Of a DNA stretch of 64,000 nucleotides, positions 1 to 13,619 are shown one piece after another. The notes under the pieces were generated by a model. That model ran no database searches and was not told where the DNA came from. It was given only the letters and a program-made list of their open reading frames with translations. Position numbers and translations under genes: made by a program. The stretch lies in NCBI GenBank assembly GCA_951406725.2, contig OX597833.1:18786001-18850000 (forward strand), given 5' to 3'. This DNA is from Octopus vulgaris (taxonomy: Eukaryota). Position 1 is the first letter of the stretch. Every line of letters starts with the position of its first letter.

Positions 1-785
1 TTTACCAAACACTTCAGAGTTGTCAAGTGGTGATAGGAGACAAACAGACAGACACACACACACACAAGCAGCAGGCTTCTACAGGTTTTGTCTACCAAAC
101 TCACACACAAAACATTGTCAACCTGAGGTTTACCCAAGGTGACACACAGTGGGACTGAACCTGGAACCACGTGGTTACAAAGCAAGCTTCTTAGCCACAC
201 AGCCATTTATTACTATTTTTATTTCTTATCCACAAAACCCACAGCCTTGGGGACAGTTTGTCAGACTATACAAAAACAAAAAAATTAAACTTTCTAGAAC
301 GTGAATGTGGGGAAACGATCAGATATCGAGATTTGACGGCTAATGTATAAAAATGATAATAAAGACGGATTATCTCCCCTGGACCAGAGGATAAAACAAT
401 GCCTGAAATGGCTTAACCAGCAAATGGGGGAAATCCAATTTTCCAGTAGGTAGCGCTTAAAATGAACACATGAAAATAAATATGTAAAAAAAAATTTAAA
501 TAAAATTTACTATTTCTGAGATATTTTGGCTACACACAAACATCCCTATAGTTTTAGTATTATTGATATACATATGTTGCTTTTCTCCCAACAAAATGAG
601 GAGATACATTGCAAAACTGTCATGACAAGAAATTAACTCTTTGTTTTAATAATTACTGCACTGTTCTTCAGAGTTTACTTTTTTTCAGAGGGACACACTG
701 ACACACAAAAATACATATATGACAATGATGAAATATAAGTTCACAGAAAAGAAAGAAAAATGAGGAAGTGTAAAATAACAACTTA

Positions 786-1007
<222 letters not shown>

Positions 1008-2163
1008 TTATTTCTTCAGAGACATTGGGGAAAAAGAAAACTGCAAAGTAACATTGAAACTTGGTTAAAAGTGAGACTAAAACATTGAGATTACAAACTA
1101 TATTTAAGTAACAGAAACCATTGCTATTATTAGAATTAATACATGGGTTATATATATATTCGTTCCAAATTTTGGGCACAAGGCTGCAATTTTAGCAGGA
1201 GGACCACATGCCATGGTGATAATAACAATAAAACCTAACAAGGTAACAGTACTCTTTACACTTTTACTTGTTTCAGTCATTTGACTGCGGCCATGCTGGA
1301 GCACCGCCTTTAGTCGAGGAAATTAACTCCCAGGACTTATTCTTTGTAAGCCTAGTACTTATTCTATCGGTCTCTTTTGCCGAACCGCTAAGTTACGGGG
1401 ACGTAAACACACCAACATCGGTTGTCAAGCGATGGGGAACAAACACAAACACACATATATATATATATATACACATATATACGGGCTTCTTTCAGTTTCC
1501 ATCTACCAAATCCACCCACAAGGCTTTGGTAGGCCCGAGGCTATAGTAGAAGACACTTGCCCAAGTTGCCACGCAGTGGGACTGAACCCGGAACCATGAG
1601 GTTGGTAAGCAAGCTACTTACCACACAGCCACTCCTACGCCTTGTGTAACAGTGTGTAACTTTTTCTTTTTTTTTTAATCTTTGGTCAGTTAGTGTTATT
1701 TCCTACTTCCTTCTATTTAGAAATCAAAAGAAATGACGACTATTCTCTTTAAACTTGTGACCTGGACATCAATGTTTTGAAACTGACCTTATTTGCCATT
1801 ACATTTCAGACAGATTCAGTGCTGGGTTGCTGAAGCAGAAATATCATTATAGCAAATATTCTGCCCCAATACCAGATTTGTTTGTCAGTTGCTTCACCTT
1901 AATCACCTGAGCATGTCCCTCAGTGGCTGACAATATGTGCGTCTCTGATCATGAGCAGGAGTAGCGGGGGAGCATCATAACCATGTGTCGAGAGGGATTC
2001 TTTGGGATTTCAATAAATATTATAACAAAAGCAAAACCTGAAGGAAATATTAGCCATTTTTCATACTTTCTAGGAGTAAGCAAATACGAAATAACAGTTG
2101 CTACCCAAGGACAAAAATCATGTTACACAGTACAATCAAACTCGGCAGAGGTTTTGTTCTCAC

Positions 2164-2288
2164 CTTGCTAACATCAGCAGTTATAAATTCGGCATCAAAA
2201 ATTTGTTCTCTTCTTTTACTGTTCTGGTTCCGTTCAACTATATCTTTGAATCTTGCTTCACTCTGTTCGACTGATGTCGATGCTATAT
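2164..2288 (-). CDS. RNMT: RNMT coding exon 5
   Basis: (D)IASTSVEQSEARFKDIVERNQNSKRREQIFDAEFITADVSK. Acceptor ttatag|, donor AAG|GTGAGA, phases consistent. Confidence 0.96.
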
Positions 2289-3227
2289 CTATAAAATTAA
2301 ATTAGTAAAAGAATAACAATAAATAATAAAAGAAAAACACATAAGGAAAATGGAATGGAGTGAGCAAGTCCTTTTATTTCATTGTTAGCAACCCAGTTGA
2401 AATTAGTTTTATATCTACACACACACACACCAATGGGCTTCTACATAGTTTCCATCTATCCAATTCACTCACAAGACATTGGTCAGCCAGGGGCTATAGT
2501 AAAAAAAAAAAAACAATTGCCCGAAGTGCCACACAGCAGGACTGAACCCAAAACCACATGGTTGGGAAACAAGCTTCTTAACCACAAAAGCCATGCCTGC
2601 ACCTATTAAGGTAAACATCAGTTTTGAAATTGATATTAAAATTCAAGAAAATCAAACATCTTTAATCCTTTAGTGTTTGCATTATTCTACCAAAATTAAT
2701 GCTTTTTCATCCACTTTGTTTTGAACTAATCATACATTGTCTCGTAGCTATGAGATTTTGATGAGGTAGCGGTTAATTTTTAAAACGATATTGTAGGGTT
2801 GGTGTGAAGAGGTCAGACCTGGTCAATTTGAACATAAAACAGGCAGAATACTTTTGGCCGGATATGGCTGGTTTAAATGCTAAAGGGTTAAGGAGACACA
2901 TTAAATATGTGAACTTCAATTTTATGCACATATTTTTGATTACAAATCCATGACAATATAACAATGCAGTGTTAGGAGATAAAAAAAAATGTTTTGTAGC
3001 CAGGTTTAGAGGAGATAAACGGATGCTTCACCCTTTAGTGTTCAGAGTTTTTTGTCAAGTGAATTGTTTGTTTATTCACATTGCTTTGAATTAATTTTGT
3101 GGTTTCAAGATTTCAATGTTGAGGATGACATTGTAGGGTAGGTGTGAGAGGTTGCATCTGATCAGTTTTAACATGAAACAACTAGAATATTTGGGCCAGA
3201 TATGGCCAAATTAAATGCTAAAGGTTA

Positions 3228-3440
<213 letters not shown>

Positions 3441-4944
3441 TCATATTTAAATAAAAAATAAAACAAATCATCTGCATCTGAAAAAAGTAACAGTTAATTC
3501 ATGATATATATGTGTTTATGTATGGATGGAGTATTTATGTATTTGTGTAGATGTGTCTGCATGTGTGTATATGTGTATGTACATGTAAACGTATGTATAT
3601 GTACCAATATGCGTGCCTGTTCAAGTTGTGTATATGACTTATTCTGTCGAAGGTTGTATCACCATCGTTTAACGTCCGTTTTCCGCGCTAGCACGGGTTG
3701 GACGATTTTGATAGTTTAAAATTTATTTTTAAAAAATACATGGAATATGAACTATTTTTTCGAACAACGAAAGACACAAATGGAAAACAAGACAAACAAC
3801 ATAAAGAACGACCCTTCATCAGTTGTTGGCTGTTTTTTCTACTCTCATATTTCAAGCAACAGAGTAACAGTCACACATATCAGTTCATAAACATATGTTT
3901 ACATGTCCAAACAAGTCACTTCTTAAATTTTGCACCTCTCTTCTTCAATAAATGAATCAAACTTGCAAAGCTGTTTATTTACTCCTTTCGGTTTTTAATG
4001 TCTATTTCAGTGTGTTACCAAACAATCAGGTCTCCCAGCTAAAACAGTAATATCAAATTTTTAAGTTTGTCTGACATTTTATAAATGTGAAAGGGATTAA
4101 AATTTCAATATTCCATATCAAAGGTTCCAACAAAAATGGGCGGAAAATCAGAGTTTGAAACAAGAAGACACTTTCAACCAATCAGAATTCTGTTTACATA
4201 ATAAGTTTGATTGGTCACTTTCCTCTGTCAGGTGAGTCAAGTGTGACCCAAGCTGATGTTTATTGGTATTAAATTTAATTTATAACACCTGTGCTTATTT
4301 ATCAGCTTTGTTTTTGTTGATAAGAATTATCAACGATTTGAGAAGACATAGAGCAGTATGCTAAAGTTTGGACATAATCTCTTGTGGGAAAGAAATGTAA
4401 ATTAAGTTTATTATAAACAACACAAATGCTTTGTAATTTAATAGCTTTTAGTGTAATACCTGTTAAACAGAAATTATTTTTATTTAATGAAAATTTAATA
4501 AAATCTAATCATAAGTAAGTGAAATTATGCTAAATACAACTAGATCGAAAACCTTTTCCCCATGCCATATCAACAATTCTGAAAATTTTGAGGTGCAAAT
4601 TTTACAGGAGTAGAAGCTTTTTTTTAAAAAAAACTTTTTATCCTGATAATCACCTGTGTAAATTACACAGGTGCACAAATTACATGAGTTTTTGTGGTAT
4701 GTCCCCTCCTCCATGTCCAAGAAATTGAAGAAAACTTCCAATGAGTATAAAAATTCATTTGGCATGACAATGAATTTAATATGCATTAGCTCATGACAAA
4801 TGATATTTGAATGAATAAAAAGCACACCCCAACTTCAATAGCGTATATTCAATTGTTTTATGCTGTGCTATCTTCCAATGCAAATAACCTTTCGATCAGT
4901 GGCACTCAACCACTTTTTGCCTATGGACCTCATGATTCATGGAT

Positions 4945-5484
4945 TTAAAGGCCTTATTTTATTGCAAGTGTTGAGGGAAAGAAAGCTAGGAAGCAAAGTG
5001 TTTGCATTATTCTACCCAAATTAATGCTTTTTCATCCACATTGTTTTGAACTAATCATGCATTATCTTGTAGCTATGAGATTTTGATGAAGTAGCTGTTA
5101 ATTTTTAAAACGATATTGTAGGGTTGGTGTGAGAGACCAGATCTGGCCAGTTTGAACATAAAACAGGCAGAATACTTTTGGCCGGATATGGCCGGTTTAA
5201 ATGCTAAAGGGTTAAAGGCCTTGTTTTATTGCAAGTGTTGAGGGAAAGAAAGCTAGGAAGCAAACTGTTTGCATTATTCTACCCAAATTAATGCTTTTTT
5301 TATCCACAATGTTTTGAACTAATCATGCATTATCTTGTAGCTATGAGATTTTGATGAAGTAGCTGTTAATTTTTAAAACGATATTGTAGGGTTGGTGTGA
5401 GAGATCAGATCTCACCAGTTTGAACATAAAACAAGCAGAATACTTTTGGCCGGATATGGCCGGTTTAAATGCTAAAGGGTTAAA
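4945..5484. repeat. Direct tandem duplication (about 269 bp x2) containing a second TTAA-type MITE family
   Basis: ttaaaggcctt..ttgcaagtgttgagggaaagaaagctagg...gctaaagggttaaa occurs twice. The same MITE is at 2662-2891 and 3030-3228. Confidence 0.9.
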
Positions 5485-7467
5485 GAAATTTCAGATCAAC
5501 ATGGATTACAGAGTAAAAGCACATGGTTCAGTGGTTAAGGCATTGCACTCGTGATTATAAGATCATGGTTTTCATTTTGAGACCAAGTGGTGCACTGTGT
5601 TCGTGGTCAAAACACTTCAGTTAACCCCTTCTGAGACACATGTTGTTTTGGTATGTGTAACCAAAAAGACCTTTTTTTTTTTTTTTTAAATATTGAAAAA
5701 CATCTACTGGAAGACGATCTCTGATTAACTATTACACTTCAAAACCAACCATTCACAACATTTGTTCCATTGGGTCGATGGATCAGCCTTGAAGTCCTTT
5801 CCGCTCGTATCAGCCAGAGTGTCCCAAGGGGGTTAATGTTGCTCTAGTCCACTCAGCTGTGAATGCATGACCTTGGAACTGATTGGTGTCCCATTCAGGG
5901 CAAATGTTGTAATTTCAGTCACTTATACACCATGGAAACCAACGACTTGAGACAGTAATGTCCAAGGCATGATGATGATGGATTAACAGAGAAATGCAAG
6001 GGTTATGGGTAGCAGATGAGATAAAAATTTGGGGAGTGATAGCTAAGAGGGAGTAGTCACATCATCATTTAGCATCTGCTTTACATGCAGGCATGAGTTA
6101 GACGGTTGGTCTGAAACTGGTTAGTCAGAAAGCTGCACCAGGTTCCAATCTGTTTCTGCATGGTTTCTAAGGCTGGATGCCCTTCCTAACACCAACCACT
6201 TCTAAAGTGTAATGGGCGCATTTTATGTACCACCGGCACAGGTCTGTTTACATGAAACCAGCATCAGCCACAACTACGATTTCACCTGATGAGTCTTCTC
6301 AAACACAGCATATCGCCAAAGGTGTCAGTCACTTATCACCTCCATGAGGCCCAACATTCGATGGGTGCTTTTATACATGCTACCGGCACAAGTGCCTGTT
6401 ACATGGCACCAACATCGGCCACAACTACGGTTTCACTTGGCTTGACAGGTCTTCTCAAACACAGCACAAATATTAATAAATAAAGGACTTTATTCATTTT
6501 ATGAGCATGAACGCAATTTATGTACGAGTAAGTCCAGGCTGTCCACAAAAACCATTGACATTGAAAATGGTATATTATGCCAAATAGAAAGAAGTGATAT
6601 TCTACAGTTCAAGGTTAAAATTTACTTTAAAACATTCAAATTGCATTTCTTCTGATTATATTTTTAAAACATGTATTCTTTTTATTCAATAGATTGTATT
6701 CAAACTGCTACAGACAGTTAATCATCCCTATCATCATCGGTTTTCCGTGGTGGTATGAATCAAACAGGTTCTTGAAGTCCAAATCACTTCTTATTCAGAA
6801 TAAGAACTGACCTGGGAATACTGTCCTCTAAAACAGGATGGAGACCGCATCTCATTTATCTTTTTTATTTTTAGCCTGGTTTCTACAGAGATGCATTTTA
6901 ACGTGGCACTAGTGGAAGTACTGTGTACATGACAAGACAAAATGGTCCCCACTACTCATTCATTCAAGACAAAATGTAAAATCTATCATATCTCAGTTTT
7001 GCTTTCCACCCAAAAGATTCTGCTTTTTATATTTTTGCTCCAGCCTATCAACCACAAGCAACTACATGGCCTATATAAACCAATGAGGATGCTTTTACAA
7101 GGTCACTTTAACAGGTAGAAATAACTGCAAAATCTCCCTAAAATCACTCGTTATCCTCTTAGTAAAGGACATTGGATAATGTGATTCTGAACACTCTGGA
7201 TATTTGAAAACGACAGGATGGGCATAGCTAGAATGCTTTCGATTATATATCTGCTACATCAGGGCTAAAAGAACAACAAAGCATGTATGTGTTCACTCAT
7301 AGCAGCCAAAGAATCCAATACACACAAATGATATACATATAGTCATTTTAAATTGGGTGGTGGGACATTACAGGATAGCTTTTAGAAAGTTTTCAACAAG
7401 ATGTGAGAAGTTGTTAACAGGGAAAATAAACAACAAACAGGCTTTAATTCTACTTCACAATCTAAAG

Positions 7468-8063
7468 CAGTAGTTCTCAACCAGAGTCTATATGGCCCTT
7501 GGGGGGGAGGGCATATAAGATGGTTAAAATTTATGTACAATAAATTGGTTATAAAAGGGTAAAGACCCCCTTCGGCCATGAATGACTATAGGATTGCACC
7601 TAGTAAGTTCCCCTCCAAGGCACAAGTCCAGGCAAGGTTGTTTATGGAAGACCACCAATCGCCCACAAAATACCAGCCTCCACTCTCCATCGATGTTAGC
7701 TAAGGGAAAGGCAAAGGCCAATACAGATTGGCACCAGTGACGCCACAACTCATTTTCACAGCAACGTGAAATAGTATTTTGATTGAGAATACAAAACACA
7801 GCTTGGTCCAGGAATCAAACTCACAACCTCACAATTGTGAGCCCAATCCTCTCTAACCACTGAGCCATGTGCCTTCACTTCTAACCACTGAGTCATGCTC
7901 TTCACTCTTGGTTATACTTCTTCAATGAACCAAATTATTTTTAGACAATTCCTAATGATATCTGATTATAAAAATAGGATGTTTTTAAAAACTGAATGGC
8001 TTTGAGGGTCTACCCAAGTAAACAAGGAAGGGTCTATAGACAAAAAATGGTTGAGTACCACTG
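7468..8063. mobile_element. hAT-like MITE interrupted by a SINE
   Basis: TIRs CAGTAGTTCTCAACC / GGTTGAGTACCACTG with an exact 8-bp TSD ATCTAAAG on both sides. Relatives at about 25037-25307 and 59952-60533. Confidence 0.85.
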
Positions 8064-8288
8064 ATCTAAAGATTAGTTGTGTTGGAAGATAACCAAGTAT
8101 AAAACAATTGTTACAATAAATATTCCATCAAATAATGCAAGCAGGGAAAGAGAGAGAAAAACAAAAAGAACATGAGTTAAAACAGTGAAATGTACTGGTG
8201 TTAGGTGGTTTGAAAGTAAATTACGATTTTTCTTTTTTTTTTTTTTTTTTTTTCCAATTAAAAATGGAGAGAGAAATATAAGGAATTA

Positions 8289-8609
<321 letters not shown>

Positions 8610-9567
8610 TCAGGCCAACCAAAGCCTTGCAAGTGGACTTGGTAGACAGAAATTGAGAGAAACCCATCATGTATATAGATAATATACTAGCAGCTAAGCC
8701 CGATTTCACCTGGTCTGTTTGGATGATGTGGCTGTGATCATTTTCGGTTAGGCATAATCTATATCAGCATTTTTCAACCTTATCATTTCGGGTCCCCTGT
8801 TTCAATTGGAGCCTCCAGCTGTATGAAAACAGCCTTGTCAGAAAACAGCTTCAGGAGTTGTGAAGAAAGAATTTGTACATAGTCTGTTTCTGGACCTCTG
8901 TCTAATTACGTCTTTTAAGGTACACACACATACATAAAAAATGTGAGGTCATGGTAGAAAATTTTTACGATAGCTGATTTATGGAAAAGATTGTTAAATT
9001 TTTGAAATGCAAATATGTGAGTGAAAATTAAGTTCAGACCTCTACATGGTAGCTAGACCTGGTAGAAATAGCAGCCAAATCTCCCTCAAAATATCCTACT
9101 GTCTTAATCCGACAATTCTGCCTATTATGTAGTTTGAATGAGAAACTAATCAAAGATGAAGATTATTAACCCCACCAAAGAGGTGAAAGAAGAGAGGCAG
9201 CCTAGATAAAGTTTTGGCTGGCTGTCATCCTGTACTTGTTGGGGGAGGGGAAAGGTTCTTTGTAGAAGAGCTACATCAGTGGTTCTCAAATGCAATTTGT
9301 TGGGAGGGATGAATCCCTATTTTTCTGATAGATCTCAAGTTGGAAGAAGGACTATATAGCCTTGGTCAACCCAAGGCTATGGTAGGACACACTTGCCCAG
9401 GGTGTTACACAGTGGAACTGAACCAAGAACAATGTTGGGAAGCAAGCTTCTTACCATACAGCCACGCCTGTGCTTAAAATATATATAAGATCAATGGCTG
9501 TGTGTCGCTTATTTACTTATACATTGCAAAATGAAATGAACGACTGCCATCTCTAGCACACAGGTGT

Positions 9568-9615
9568 ACCAGTACTGAGGAAGGGCGAGACCCTGAAACC
9601 AACTGGTCTATTGGT
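9568..9615 (+). ncRNA. Type I hammerhead ribozyme motif with intact core
   Basis: ACCAGTA-CTGAGGA-AGGG(CGAGA)CCCT-GAA-ACCA(AC)TGGT-C-TATTGGT. It has the CUGANGA and GAAA cores, a GUC cleavage triplet (after 9608) and three pairing stems. Confidence 0.85.
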
Positions 9616-10089
9616 CTTGTCACCACTAGATGGGAGCTATTCGCTCCCTTATTTGCAATATACTGGACACAGATATTGTGTTGTTAAACAGCTGGTGAAG
9701 GTGTCCTCCTGGGGTTAAAACGAGTAGTAACACTGTTCTATGCAGAACAACCACATGACATGATAACAACCATTACTTTTCAGTAGAGTTACTACTTACA
9801 TCTCTTAGAACTAGCAACTTTGCTTGTTATATATATATATATGTGCTGGTGGCACACTGTGCTGCTGCCACATAAAAAGCACCATTTGGGCGTGGCCGTT
9901 GCCAGTACCACCAAACTGGCCCTCGTGCCGGTGGCATGTAAAAGCACCCACTACACTCTCGGGGTGGTTGGCATTAGGAAGGGCATCCAGCTGTAGAAAC
10001 TCTGCCAGATTAGATTGGAGTCTGGTTCACCACACCGCAGTCAAATCGTCCAACCCATGCTAACATGGAAAGTGGACGTTAAATGACGA

Positions 10090-10125
<36 letters not shown>

Positions 10126-12213
10126 CGGACGTTAAACGATGATGATGATGATATATATTTTTTCAGTGGACTTCTTTCAGTTCCTGCCAAACAAATCAAC
10201 CCACATGGCTTTGGTCAACCTAGGGCTATAGTAGAAGACACTCACACAAGGTACCACACACTGGGACTGAACCCAGAACCATGTAGTTGGAAAGAAAATT
10301 TCTTACCAGAGCCACACCTATACCGATCCTACATCAGTATACCCACCACTGTCGTTCTACCCATCAGTATGTGCCCCCCTTACCTTGCCCTGTCCCCAAG
10401 ATCTATCAGTAAAATATTGATTCATCCCTGCCAGCCATCATCATGCACTTTGGATTTTCTAGCAGACCAAACAGCCTGAACTTCATTGTCTTCGTTTGCA
10501 ACACACATATAGCAAGTTCGACTGCCTTGGTTTATCTAATTAATATGTGTACACTCAGCAGACTATTTGTATGAACCGTTGGAATTTATCTAATCTCCTA
10601 CTAAGCCCAGCCGAACAGCACAATCAGAGCACTTGTTACTATTATTGTTGTTGTTATTCTCCTTATCATATATGCTGACTGTGCACAGATGTAGCTTTAT
10701 GGTAAAAAGTTTCTTCCCAACCACATGGTTCCAGGTTCAAGCCTACTGTGTGGCACCTTGGGCAAAGTCTTCAGCCGTAGCCCTAAGATTGAGCAAAGTC
10801 TTGTGAGAGGATATGGTAGATAGAAACTGAAAGAAGCCTGTTGTATGTGTGTGTCACTGTTACCTTGCTTTGACAATGTGTGATAGTTATAAATGAACGT
10901 CACCTTCATGCAAGTGGTACCCCAATTTTCCAAGAAAACGTGCGGTCATGAGGAAATATTGCCTTACATGGAAGCATATAGGTGTCAGTGGCAGGAAGGG
11001 CATCCAGCCATTGCAAATCCACTGCAACAATTTCATCATGATTCATGCAAGCATGAAAAAGTGTTCATAAAAATGATGATGTGATGCCTTGGTGGCTTGT
11101 CACAGGTTTTGCATATGTCCAATGTTTACCAGAGGCTGTGCATGAAAGTATGTGTTTGTGCACATGCACACATCTACTGTGTAAACTTCTGGATATGCTG
11201 CGCTTTTTTTTTTTACCAAAAATTTCAATAAAAACCAGGGGTGCAACCTATCCACTCAACATCACAGGGATCTGAAGTAGACGGTGGCATATCAGTAGTT
11301 GAGTTGATTTATCAATTAGACTGCTTTCACAAAATTACTTCCACAAAAATATTCTAATATTTGTAAGTAAAGTTTTGAAATAAAGGTGAATATTTGATAA
11401 TATTAAACAAATATTTATATTTACACTAAAAAGGGACATTTAATTCCCCAGATTGTAGTGTAACCTATCTGCAAGTCAACTGCAAATACCTACTTTGACA
11501 ACCCCAAACTAAAGGTACAACCTATCACCAAGTATATATGGTGTAAAGATTTACATATATGGTGTAGCAATACCATACTGTCCTACTTTCTTTTATCTTT
11601 AACCCCTCTTGGTCATTGGACTGTGGATGTACTGGGGCACTGCTTTGAAGTTTATAGTCTAACACTAAATCCAGGTGCTCGTATTTTTAAGCCTAGTACT
11701 TAGTTTATCAGCCTCTTTCACTGAACCACTAAGTTACAGAGATGTAAACAAACCAACCTCAATTGAGTGATGATGTGAGTAAAAAACAGGGATAAACACA
11801 CGCGCGCGACAGGCTCCCACAAAGTTTGCATCTACCAAATTCACCATTTGTTCGATGATATAAATTTCCTGTTTTAAATTGAGCTAAACTAAATCCTTCC
11901 ATCAATATTTGATGTTAACTTGTTCTTAAGATCTGCTTAATGACAAAATTATTTTAATAAAATTATTATTTTCAAAATTAATTGACACAAAAGCAGGGAA
12001 TTTCAGTGGAAATATAGTGACACAAAAGGGTTAATAAAATAACTGACAAAGTAATTGTGATTAATACATTCCACTAAAGCCCTCGAATGCAGTGCTGGGG
12101 GGCACTGCCTCAGTTAAAAGGAACAAAACTAGTAAAATGCATGTCAGTGAATACAGAACGCTTAAGAAATGTGAAAAGAGAACCACCATGCTTAGTCCAA
12201 GAAACAGACTTAC

Positions 12214-12452
12214 CTTTTCTTTACTGAGGTCATTGTCTGCAGATTTCTCTTTGCTGTCTACAGAATCAGCATCAGCTTCGGCGTTTTCTGCAGAACCTGC
12301 TTCCCCTGCCTCTTGAAGTGCCTGCTCAGCACCAGAACTCTCTTGCTCGGTAGCGGAAACCTCTTGTCCCACCTCTGTACTTGCTTCCTCGGCCAAACCG
12401 CCCGTTCCATCGTTTTCAGGATCGTCTTGGAAAGATTGTTCGCAGGTGTTTT
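12214..12452 (-). CDS. RNMT: RNMT coding exon 2, acidic low-complexity N-terminal region
   Basis: Acceptor ttgcag| at 12453 and donor AAG|GTAAGT at 12213. The 239 nt translate (E)NTCEQSFQDDPENDGTGGLAEEAS...DLSKEK. Phase 0 matches the next exon. Confidence 0.85.
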
Positions 12453-13077
12453 CTGCAATATAAAATTATATATATACTATTTTAACAAACTATTTTAACA
12501 ATATCTTTCTCCATTGCTGAATTTATCTGTAACACATCTGTTTATGTATCAACATTTCTCAAACCGAATTTAAATAGTTCTTCCTAAATTCTTACGCCTC
12601 AACTTAATACTCAGGCTATGTAATGCACATCACATATAGAGAAATGAGGGAAATTTCTCTGCATAAAATTGATTATACTTCTGCAACACACTAAATATTT
12701 TAAGAATTTTTTTTTTATACAGTTCTTAATATTTAATCAGAAAATATAATATAATTTTTTAACAGTGAATGGCTTGGAGTAAAACAGTAAAATGAAAGAG
12801 GTCCAGAGGTAACAAAATGGTCAAGAAACTTTGATGTAGAATGAATGAGATAGAAATATCATTATTTCTAATTCTCTCTAAAGGAAACTACAGCAGCAGT
12901 ACTGAATATTAATAGTAATTGCCAAACTAACATGGCAGTCCAGAAAAATAGGACGAATGCTGTTGTTGATCAGCTCCAAGAGGCCATTGCCTCTAACTAG
13001 CTATGTGACACACAAACCTGTGTCCATTATAACCTTCGAACAGGGGAGGTCAGCAGCTTCCCTTTGCTGGTCTGGCA

Positions 13078-13120
13078 TCCACAGATTAGTTTCGGGGTGG
13101 TTGCCTCTTATCAATGTGGA
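13078..13120 (-). ncRNA. Degenerate type I hammerhead ribozyme motif
   Basis: Minus strand TCCACA-TTGATAA-GAGG(CAACCA)CCCC-GAAAC-TA-ATC-TGTGGA. It is four transitions away from CTGATGA-GGGG..CCCC-GAAACTAGTC, and stem I pairs perfectly. Confidence 0.7.
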
Positions 13121-13330
13121 GTAGCCGAACCCAGCAGGCATCACTGCTAACCAACTGTTCGAAGGATTATTTACCTAAATTCAGTAGAATACATCCACTG
13201 GTTTTCAAAAATAGAAATATCATTATTTCTAATTCTCTCTAAAGGAGACTACGGTCAGCGGTACTGGAGGAAGAGTTATTACACAGTTGGTAGGCTGGGT
13301 AATAAGCGGAGGCAATACCTAGTTTGTATA

Positions 13331-13619
13331 ATATCACGTGACCAACCAGACCATCAGATGTTGTTACACATCGCTGGTCACAATGCGTTCGCATTGTTTT
13401 AGCCTTCGAATGACGCCATCCCGCTGGCTAAGTGAGCAGGCCAACAGAAGAAAGAGTGGTGAAAGAGTACAGCAGGGATCACCACCCCCTGCCGGAGCCT
13501 CGTGCAACTTTTAAGTGTTTTCGCTCAATAAACACTCACAACGCCCGGTCTGGGAATCGAAACCGCGATCCTGCGACCGCGAGTCCGCTGCCCTAACCAC
13601 TAGGCCATTGCGCCTCCAC
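13331..13619 (-). mobile_element. Young tRNA-derived SINE (family D) with target-site duplication
   Basis: Head GGAGGCGCAATGGCCTAGTGGTTAGGGCAGCGGACTCGCGGTCGCAGGATCGCGGTTTCGATTCC (A and B boxes, CpGs intact). Flanked by agtttgtata (13321) and agtttgttata (13620). Confidence 0.85.

Noticed and set aside
360-470. Next RNMT exon or an intronic snoRNA
   Set aside because: The phase-compatible frame stops after 14 codons and lacks RNMT motifs. There is only one short hairpin and no convincing C/D or H/ACA boxes.
6286-6310. CTGATGAG hammerhead-like core (also at 17043, 48044 and 56582)
   Set aside because: There is no correctly spaced stem II plus GAAA plus NUH; these are chance or repeat-derived matches.
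13545-13619. tRNA gene
   Set aside because: It has A and B boxes but no proper acceptor stem. It continues into a SINE body and has a TSD. The same reasoning applies to the tRNA-like head at 50875-50935.
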